Source: Auanema rhodensis
Lineage: Eukaryota > Animalia > Nematoda
DNA length: 64,000 bases
NCBI GenBank assembly: GCA_964057225.1
Contig: OZ059897.1
Location: 5,890,001-5,954,000, forward strand
Direction: 5' to 3'
Position numbers and translations under genes: made by a program. Shown here in pieces: positions 53,500-64,000 of the stretch. The notes under the pieces are model-generated. The model made no database searches, was not told the DNA's origin, and worked only from the letters and a program-made list of their open reading frames with translations. The first letter of the stretch is position 1. Each line of letters opens with the position of its first letter.

Positions 53500-56400
53500 G
53501 ATCATCTGACGTTGAAAAGCTATCAGAAGGCGATGTCATCTCTAGATGTCGTCGTCTTTTTGTGTTCTACCTTTCTTCAGTCATATGGTTCTCTCATTTT
53601 CTGATTTGTTGGGTTTTTGTCACACATATAAAGTGTCATGTTGTTGAATCTAGAAGAGCTGCTACTAATTCTGAACATATGTAGTTTTCAGTACGGGAAA
53701 GACCTCCAAAAAGCAGAACTAATTCACTAATGAAGAGAAAATACACATAATGATGTCATAGTTTCTCAGCAAAAAAATAGTTTTTCTTTCAGGCCATGCT
53801 TTTCTAACATATGTAACGAATGATGATAATGCGAAAAATCGTCAAATGATGAAATGGATGTTCAATTTAAAACATTTCGAATTAGATAGATAGGATGTGA
53901 TTGTGAGACGAAAGCGACTAGATGATCATCGTAAGTTGCAACACATCATGTTAAAGAGCGAAGATGATGACTATGACTATGGCGACGACATCTTTGTGTG
54001 GTCTAGCATCCATCTCATTAATGTGATTTTACCACCTTTCTTGTGTTTTATCCCCTTTTGCGTTAAATTTATTCTTCAATTTGTATTTCGTAGAAAAGGA
54101 GGGATGACGTCCAATTTCGCAATCGGTCTCTCGTTACAACCCGGACAAGAGAGAAAGAGAGAGAACTAAACAGATAGCTGTGACTGTCGCTATCATCTAT
54201 GTACATCGTCATCTTAATCATCATTTCTCATCGTCATCGTCGTCTTAAAATCTCGTCGTTCTTTATCACTTTTGTCTTATTGGTGTAAGCGTCCAAGTTG
54301 TTGTATTCTATCTTGGCCAATTGCAACTGTTTGGCAACATTAGTACAAGAGTCAGAAGTCGATCAAGTTGTACTCAGTTGATCAAATATTAAACATTTTG
54401 CAAACGGTGGTCGTATACCTTGGAAGAAAGGTTTGAAAAGCTGTCCAGTTACATCATGCTTAAGAATATGAATCATTACTGCTCTTATCTGTATATGTAT
54501 ATCAATGGAAACTAGAATGTTGGAATACCAGAACAATCATGATATGTGTGCTTCCTGCTCTGTGTCTGCTCAGCCATGTAGCTTATAATGCTCTTCATAA
54601 AGTAATAAGGAACAATGAAGTAATAAACGAATAGTTCAAATTTTCTCTTGTCATTCTACGTATAAACGGTTTAATTTGCTAATTTATACAATACAAAGCA
54701 TGCATTTTTCATAAAAATCCTATTTCAACAAGCATATGCTTGTATACACAGACATACAAGCTCTCTGGTTTTCGACCAAAAAGATGCTCTTGTTATTAGT
54801 TATTTATTCAGAAGATTCTTTTTTGAGGATAACCGATTAGAATACATGATGAATTGAGATTTATCAAGAATCATCCATTCTATTCGATCAAAAGTCGAAT
54901 TAGGAATTATCATTATTATCGAAGGATTGAGAAAACCGTGGAAGATGGTAGCTGTCTACTAGTTCAGATAGAAAATGCTTTATCGCAGTTTCAATGGTGT
55001 TGTTTTTCTATTTATTACTTGGAAACTTTCTGAAAAAAAGGAGATGAGAAGATTTGTATTCATTATAAAGATTATCTCAAAGTTTTTATTCTTTTTGAGA
55101 AATATCACAAAAAAAACATTAAGTTTTCAGCAAGAGAGATTCGCCTAATATACGCTCTTTGAATTATGGACTTTATCTATCGTAAGACGCTTGACCTTTA
55201 CAAAAGAAAATCTCTTCTAAAACTCAGCATTTAAGAGAAAAAGCAGAGAAGATGGAGTTCTTGTAATTTGCTTTCTTCATTGTTTGCACAAACAATAAAA
55301 AAAAAGAAAAAAATAATTCCTGAAGAAAAGAAGATAAAAGAATATCTGCGGAGAAGAAGGAAGAAATAGTATGATGAGAGTAAACTATTGAATAATAAGG
55401 AAACAGTTCCAGACATATTCGTAACAATTGTTCCAAAAAAGAAAAAAAATAACAAAAAGGAGGGAGGAAGGGACTTGTACAGGAGATGGCTGAAAATCAG
55501 TAGTATGAAGCTTCACATAGTTTATAGGATCACATCTTGTTGATCAAATGGACAATAGGGTCAAAATCAATTAGTTTTCAACTTTTTGTTGATTTTTTGA
55601 AAACATAAAGGATATTCGAACATATATCTCTCATCTAATGCTTATGTTTGAAATTTTGCCAAGGTTGTATGTCAAGTTGACAAGAAAAAGTGATTGTGTT
55701 TGTTCTCGTCTCCGAACACATTCCACATCATAGTCATGATTTTCATCTGAGAAGTTTATTTGATGTTGACCATTCTAAACAAAATAAAATGAAAAAATGT
55801 GGAAAAAATACAAAGAATAAGGTTATTTATTTGTCTTAAGTATAACATATGTACTGTTTGCGGGGGAGTGAAAGGGAAGCAGCTCGTTTATTCAATTTCT
55901 CAAACGCTTTCTTTTCAATTCTCCAGATTACGTGTGAGCAGAGGCACACGATGGCTTTCTTTTGCAACGCTAAAACACAACACATCATCACCCGTCTATA
56001 TTTGTATTTTGTTAGTTTGTTGTTGAGATACCTATTATCTGACATATTTTGAGAAAAACGAAGAATGGGGACAATGAGACTGGAAAACTAGCAAAAAAGA
56101 AATCCGATTAATGATATGAGCACAAATAAAATAGTTATCTGGAACATGGAGTCATCACATAGTTAACTCTTAACTATTTGCTAGTATATATGATCAAAGT
56201 ACAGAGCTGAATCTTCACATATTAAGACTATCAAATAGTTTTCAAACAAGAAAGTGGCGCATTCCTTGAGAAATAATGCTTCTTATGGACCTGCAAAAGG
56301 ATAGTATATGGTGGTGAGAATTGAATATGAGCTGTTTTCAAGTGGACTTTCTACTTTTCACATTGTTTGATCATCTTATTCATCGTGTTCGTCAAATTTT

Positions 56401-59400
56401 CAATTTTAGCCGAGCATAATACAAAGATTGACTATAAAGTGGTATCCGAATGTTCCGTGATATATGAGAAATGAGTTTGATGGTTTGATGCAGTAATATC
56501 TGAAGATGCTGACGACACAGACTTCATCAGTCATGCAAGAATGAATGTATAGAAGTAGTTCGCGTACTATATACTGCCCATTCATATGTACTAATTCTTG
56601 AATCGCATTCGTGTGACATCAGCAGAATTTTTGTCTGTGTTATCAGAAACCATATGCACATCGCCTGTTCAGTAATAGAATGAGGAGTATCCGTTTTCAT
56701 CTCAACATCCTATGCTCGTCGTCATCAGCATCGTTAATCAGTCTGTGACATTGAAATATTTGATATCTCCAGGAAAAAGTTGGTAGAAGAGGGATGATTA
56801 GCATCTGCATCTGCATCCGTCATCTGATGATTATGCTACGTTGTTCAAGCAACGTGTCACCTATAAATCTCGTCATCAAGATATAGCTGTATTAACTAAA
56901 ACGGATAAGCATGACGGAAATTGTCAAATGAAACTTTTTGCAGATCCTTAACTATTCTATTAAAATTTTTGAATTCAGAAAAAAAAGGAAACAATTCTAG
57001 AACGGGAGTGTGGGCAAGGGGAATGAAAGAAGTGGGAAAATTCTAAACTCTTAGAGAAGGACTAGAGGGAAAGAGAATACATCTGATCTATCGTATAATT
57101 ATAATCAATTTCTGTAGTATTATGAAACTTGTTTTGAATAATAAGTTTAAGAAAAGATATATAGTAACTATACACTCTACACGTAGATTGGACTTAACAT
57201 GACAAAGATTCTCTGATCTGATGGATTTATCAGTCATAATTACATAGCATCTTCATAGCCTATTATAAATAGTATAAAATTTATAAAATATATAAATATT
57301 CTTATAGTTTAGTTGGTTTTTATAGTTATATGAAGATCTTTGTACATCTCTTGTTATATCTTTTATGATCATGCACATAGATGTACTGTTTCTCAATCGA
57401 CTCATCTGTCTTATCTTGTGTGTCGTCTTAAGCTGATACGACATGCTTAAATAGATACATGTGCATGTTCCTTCTTCTATTTCTTCAGATTTGAGATTAT
57501 ACTTCTACTTCTTCTAGAATTCCATTAGATTACATTTAATAAAAAAGAAAATTTATTATAAAAGATTATCATTATATCTTTAAAAAAATATTTTTTATAA
57601 TAACAATATCAGACAATTCTTACACAAAAAAATCACAGAAAATTACTATTATATTCAAGTATAAAATGAATTTTATTCAAAATAAATGATTAATTTTACA
57701 AATAATTAATAATATTTGATATCAAAATATCAAAATAAATATTATGGGATCCAATAAATCATCAAACTTCACTAGACAATAAAGATTAAAATCTCTTTTT
57801 TTTCATAAATATATGTGGAAAATATTTTCTTTTCTTTGAATAAGTTAAAAATATCTTTTTTTTCTTGATTTGAACTGTTTTTCTTACGAAAAATGATATT
57901 ATTTCATTCATAATATACTCAATATGCTGTGTTATCAATTCCATTTTATGGAACATTGAGCTATACATCTTTGTGAAAAATCAAAAAAAAAAACTTTCTG
58001 AGAATATAAAATGGTTAATATTCCATATATCTTATATGGAATATACATATATATAATATTATAAATATATATTATATAATACAATAGAAAAGGAATGGAA
58101 GATATAACCTTGAAAGTACTTTTGAATGAAAAGTATAAGCAGAAACTTTTTTATTTTTTGGATCAGATCAGACCTCTAAACTCGTTTTGTATCAAGTTGT
58201 AAGAAACATATCATATAAATAATATAAGAAAATAATATAAATTATGTATTAAATGAAGATTTAATACAAAAAAAATATTTTTATAACAACAACAATAACA
58301 ATTATTCGAAATCAATTAATATTATTATTTATGTATTTATATAATAATTATGTAATTATACTAAGATTATAAACAAAAAACTGATAAACGAATGATTAAA
58401 GACACGTCGTCGTAATGAATTGATGTCTGATTCTTAGATTCTTGTGTGAGAATCAAAGGATGATGTAAGACGAAAAAGAACCTTATCGATGGTCTCATCG
58501 TTCGTTCACTTTTCCTCAGAGAAATCTGTTCGAACCGTCTCCCTTTCATTCACTCTCACACGTTCTCATTATCTTTGTTCTTTACGTTGAAATATACTTC
58601 AATATCAGTAGCAAATAGAAAAGTCAATAAAAGTTTGATGATTCATTTCAATATCAGCAACGAATTGTGATTTTTCACGTTAATTTTGCAACCTTAGCAA
58701 CTTCTGCATCACTTTTTTCATCTTTTCTCTTCTCTGCAGAGAAAATACACACAGACGCATATGTACATATACCGAATGACATGAAGAAAAGATGAAAAGG
58801 TTGACATCGAAGAAATACCGAAAATTGCGGAAAGATGACGAAGATCACCAGAACTCGCATATCAACAACAAGCTCCGAAAATTAATAATTCTATGCAGTT
58901 GCAAAGTCTCGATTTCTGATATTGTTGATGTTAGACCAGGAAGAGCAAAGACAACAATGACCACACTTGGTCAATTTTTGATTTGTTTACCTTGCTGTCT
59001 CATTTCATGTTTTTTTCTTTTTTCGCTATTCTTCTTCTTATTTTTGCTATTGGAGTAGTGAAAAGTAGAACGAACTCATATACATACTGCAAGATATAGA
59101 TGAATGAGTCATAAAAACAAACAAAAACTATGAGGGAAATTAGATTGAAACAGCTAATAAACGTGATGCGATTAGTAACTTTGCATTAAGTTTTTCGACC
59201 AATTTCCGTCCACTGTAATGTTTTTTTTTTCAAAAAAAAAAATGCGGTACAAGGGATCTATAAGTATGTTTGTTTATTATTTTTATTATAATATCATTAT
59301 AATATAAGGCGATTCATTTAGTTTTGCAGTCTCAGTTATTGAAAGGTTTCTTTAGGGTGAAAGAACGTTCATAAATTCCTTTATAGTCTACTGATAACTC

Positions 59401-61771
59401 AAAGAACATTCAAAAGTTAAAATAATACATGAAGAAGGAATATTTTGAACAGCTTACGTATCAATATTGATAAGTTATCCATGATTCTTGTGAACTAATA
59501 GCAAGACAATCATCGAATGTACAAAGATTCACAGAAACAGAAGATAGTTTGATGAGATTTATGCATGAAAATCTGTATCAATCCGATTTTATTGTTGATT
59601 TAGTTGTGAGAAAACCATAATATGAAATTATAATAACTGATTCACTCTCTAAATCTGTTTTTCTTAAAAGTCTTTTGAGAATCTTTTGTTCATTTTTTAA
59701 ATGAAAGTGCATTATTACATTCAAATCAAGACAAGTTATGAAGATTAAAGGATATAATTTCAATTTGCAAGAAACTTTTGATCAAAAAATGTTATTTCAA
59801 CGAAATAAAATATCTTTTTCTGTTTCTTTTATCAGAATTTTCATTACCTAGTCAATAAGAATTTATTTAATTCTATTAATAAACACATGCAAATTCTGGA
59901 AAGCAGAAATAACATGTTCATCATCATCGTTAACTCAAAGGAAAATGCAAAAATTTATGAAAAATTATTTTTCTTAATTGTAAAATTACTATTCAGCTGA
60001 TATGTTTTTCATGTTATATGTATTTGATGTATGTACTAGCCTGAAATGAAATTTGTTGAGAAATAACTTGAAAATCTAAAAAAAGCCACGAGGCTTTAGT
60101 AGCTAAGAGAACGGGAGAGTGAGAGAGAGTGAAAGAGAGAATAATTGAATGTAATCTATACATACCTCAAAATATCCTCAGAGATTACTCATTTTCCTCC
60201 CTAATTTGTGTGTTTATCTTTCAAATGTATAATATAGATGTCAGCAAACACTTAGTCATGTTTGTTTGAACTCAATTCATCATTTCAAATGAGAAAAAAA
60301 CTGATTTCCGAGATCAACAGTTCATATAGTCAATGACTATTCTTCTTTTCCTTACGAACCATCAAAGACAAGTTGTAATTTCAGCTAATTGCATACGTCC
60401 GGTCATGATGACGATTCAGCCATTGCCATCTTGAGGTAATAGCATTGGCGTATTTGCCAACGTTGACTCAACTCAACTCAAATCGGAACAGTTTTGAACT
60501 ATAAAGTCAGTCACATTACGATACTTTCATGAAAGTTAATGAGAATTTGTTGTGTCGTCATCATCATTTCTGTCTTTATAGGTTGAATGTACGTTGCTAA
60601 TTCGAATAAGTAACATTTAACTTACTTAGTACCACTCTGTGACGTAGGTAAGTAATTTGTTGTTTCATTTTTTACAAATGTCTCCTTATTTAACTTAACT
60701 TTTCATATATTTTGAGGTGAAAGAGGGAATAGCATATGCGTAGGTGTTGAGAACGAAATATTAAAAAGGATAAAAGAACCGTTCAAATCAGTACCATGTA
60801 ATGATGATGAGTAATAAGAAAAACATAAAATGTTTATTATTAAATTCAAATTCAAGAGAATTTTTATAAACTGGCTTCTCATGTTTCGAAGAAAAAAAAA
60901 GAAGAAAAATTGCTGTTTATTGGCAACTATCGACAACTATAACTTCATACATGTGTCATCATTTCTTTTAAAATTTTGTTATGTTTTCTCATAAGTTGTC
61001 ATCGTCATCGTCATCATCATCATCATGATCAGCAGCAAGCATCAGCATTCTCATTAGCATCAGAATCAGCGTGAATTGTCTTTGCAACATATAGAAAATG
61101 ATTTATCATTACTCATAAAGAACTTCAAGTCATAACGTTATTCGGTTTATGAACAAGAATACATAGGTAATCAATCGCTTTTTTTTTCTTGAAAATATTC
61201 AAAACATATTCTGAATGAAAAATTAGTTTTGTACCTGACAATTCGTATTGAAAACAGGCTATTGGAGTATTTATATCTTCAAATTTGCAACATAGTTTCT
61301 TTCAATCACATGAAATATCATAAGAAGGACTCAGAAGAAGAAGACTGAAGAGAGGACATTTCAACTAAGTTTGTACGGTGTTCCATACATATTTCTGTTC
61401 TAAAATAGTATATGAAAGCTGTTTCTTCATAACCTTGATTTCTCCTCAATCAGATTATCTCAGTTGGATATCTTTTCGTCGTTTTCGTTTTTCAAACTTT
61501 TCACGTAAAGCTCTATAAATATCGAATGTTGTTCCATTTTGACTAAGCATATACATGTGCTGATGTTACTTATTCAAATTATGATGACGACACGATGAGG
61601 ATGAAGAAGTCAGAGATCAAGTAATCATACGAACTAACTCATTGTTCGTATTTATCAATATTATCTTCACAATAGGATTTGTTATCCATTTCGTTGATCA
61701 TTCTAATTTTAACTTATATATACATAATATAATAGTAAAAAACATATTTTACATCTCATTTTCAGTTATAT

Positions 61772-63952
61772 ATGGCTAAGATGTTACTAAAGCTTTCGTT
61801 ACTTCTCATTTCTATTGCTTATGTGCAATCGTTTTTGTGGAATGTACTAGGTGAGTATGGAAAAACCATTGAAACTACTGATATCTAATTCCATAATACT
61901 AATTCCCAGATTAGATATTGTTTTATTTTTCAAAAACTTGGACACGCGTACAAGCTAAATCCTCAAAGTCAGCTCATTGCAGGGTGTCCATGGTGTTCAG
62001 CTCCTCTAAGTACAAGTTCAATGTACACTCCATACATGGCTTATCAAGCTTATCCATCAGCAATAATTATTAATTCACAGCCGCCGTCACAACCAGTAAT
62101 CACCACTTATCGTCAGCCTATCAGGTTAGTTGAAGAATTTATGATTATTATTAAGAAAATAAAAATATTTTGAAAATAATAATAAAAGAGAAAGAGAGAG
62201 GGCGAGAGAGAGAGGGAAAGAGAGAAGATTGTACAAAAGAATACTTTATCATGATAAGGGATTCGGAGAAAAAGACCAAAAAGCACTTTTTCGAACAAAC
62301 GAACATAAAATCAAAAGATTTATGAGTGCTTTGAAATTGAGAAAAAAAAGAGAATGAAAGAGATATATATAACATAAAATAAAACTAAAATTTCAATATG
62401 TTCAAGAAATTTTACAAAAATTTGTTCATTTTCATTGGTATTGCATCATATTTCAGTTATCGGGTGGTGCAACCTTCCTACAGCTATATTTCACCATCAA
62501 CATCCGCATCTGCTTCATACCAATCACCATACTATCAAAGTTTGTTAACAATAAAAAGCTAATGTTATAGCTTTGGAAAAGAATTTGAATGTGTGGGAGT
62601 TAGCGAAATGATTATCATGAATAGAGAGAGAGAGAAAGATAGATAGAAGGGACTAAAAGAAAGAAATGTACACGTGACATCAACGAGGGCCCAACTTCAA
62701 CATCTAGAAGATTTTACTTGTAATACGTTAGTTTGATATGTTTATTCAGATAATTATCAACCGTATTATCACCAACCAGCTAGATCCCCATATAAGATGA
62801 GTTATCAAGAATTAGCCAAACGATATGAAAGTACTTCTGCTATATCTAATCCTAATACAGCTGGCTATCAGACATCTCCATATGGTTTCTACATGCAATC
62901 TAATTTTTTTGTTTCATTTTTCTATTTAAGATTCTCAGTATAGTGTGCAATCTCAAAATCCGGATAATGGTATGGGATTGATTACACATGCGCCCTTAGG
63001 CAAGCTTTTCCCAGTGAATATTTCTTAGAAAAGTACATGGTGATTTTCAGCCAGAGCTCGAAATAATCTCAAAAATGAGCCAACTCAGAGAGAATTACAG
63101 CTATTGGAAAGAAGTATGTTTGTAGAAAAAAAAAGTTCAAAAATTAAACATTCATACAACTTTAGTGTCTAAGCAGCATCACCTAGAAATGGAAAAAGCT
63201 TCAAGAGCTGGGACATCTGAGGACGAGCATGCTTCCAAAGACAAATTATTAACAACTCCTGATTTTGAAGAACGTATTTTTCACTAATTTATACATATAT
63301 AGTTATATATTTTGAAATATATTATTATGGAGACAGAAAAAAAAATATTTATCATACCATTATCAGGATCATTGATAATTGCACGTACTATAGATTTTGA
63401 AATAGTCAAGCCATCTATCGCTCGATCAAAATGAACTGAGTAGATTTAGAGAGAACGAGAAGTATACCTTTACAACTATCTCACTAGACTACTAGTTTTT
63501 TTTTGATTTCAATTTTGATTTCAATATATTCGATAGAAATGCAGCGGAAACCAAAGAATTTTCAGAAAAATTCTATTTTTTTTAGAAGATAAAGAGGAAA
63601 AACATAGTAATCTGAAAGCAGATAATTCAGATTTGTAAGGGTTTTTTTGAAAAAAAAAATATTTTTCAGGGTTCAGATTCTGATCCAAAGGAAGATGATC
63701 ATAAAATCAAAAAAACAGAAAGTTCATCCGCAACAAATGAAATGAAACAGGCGAAATCTAAAAATGTACTCAATTTACCCTTTTAAGTTTTAAAAAACTT
63801 TTTTTTTAATTTGAAATAACATTTTTTTATCAAATATTTTATTTTTTTTCTGAACAAAAATTATGAAAACTGGAATGAAATTGTTGTGCCCTTAACTATA
63901 TGTTTCAGATTGATGATCTTGATATAGATTTGGACTATCCAGAGAAAGGAGG
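61772..63952 (+). CDS. Secreted Tyr/Ser/Pro/Gln-rich then acidic protein, about 10 exons, truncated at the right edge; family not identified
   Basis: TTTTCAG just before the ATG. Exons 61772-61850 (signal peptide MAKMLLKLSLLLISIAYVQS, then FLWNVL), 61983-62124 (GCPWCSAP...), 62457-62539, 62750-62884, 62931-62999 (or -62969), 63051-63113, 63166-63273, 63586-63634, 63670-63765, 63909-63952. Phases fit except at the 63634/63670 junction. Confidence 0.85.
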
Positions 63953-64000
63953 GTTAGTTATAGATATACATACTCTATATGTACTTTAATAGATCTTTCA

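Noticed and set aside
54363-54476. 37-aa minus ORF MIHILKHDVTGQLFKPFFQGIRPPFAKC..., superficially like the micropeptides
   Set aside because: Shares MIHI and RPxF but lacks the invariant STxADLQ core and any evident promoter; include it only in an HMM re-test.
60431-60475. Short hairpin starting TGAGGTAATAGC, let-7-like
   Set aside because: Seed differs from let-7 and the stem is too short and bulged for a pre-miRNA.

Overview
AT-rich eukaryotic genomic DNA, almost certainly from a nematode: it has TTTCAG acceptors, 45-80 nt introns, a cuticle collagen and many (AG)n microsatellites. The species cannot be identified from sequence alone. Conventional genes: (1) the 5' part of a minus-strand GoLoco-motif gene, most likely Rap1GAP-like, with at least three phase-compatible alternative first exons over about 20 kb; (2) a complete 4-exon cuticle collagen gene (28058-29174, minus, 308 aa); (3) the 5' part of a multi-exon secreted Tyr/Ser/Pro/Gln-rich protein gene from 61772 running off the right edge. 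The main new observation lies in the apparently gene-empty 35-52 kb interval, below the ORF-track size cutoff. It holds three paralogous micropeptide ORFs of 33-48 aa (40539+, 45793+, 51560-) sharing M[VI]HI[ST][WY]STxADLQ followed by an Arg-rich RxxRL segment, diverged mostly at synonymous sites. Two have matching GC-box/TATA promoters and a shared downstream 3' block. Further unrelated small ORFs behind splice-acceptor-like sites lie nearby, one with an LxxIxE motif and a C-terminal SKL. All gene models were built by hand without expression data or database searches.
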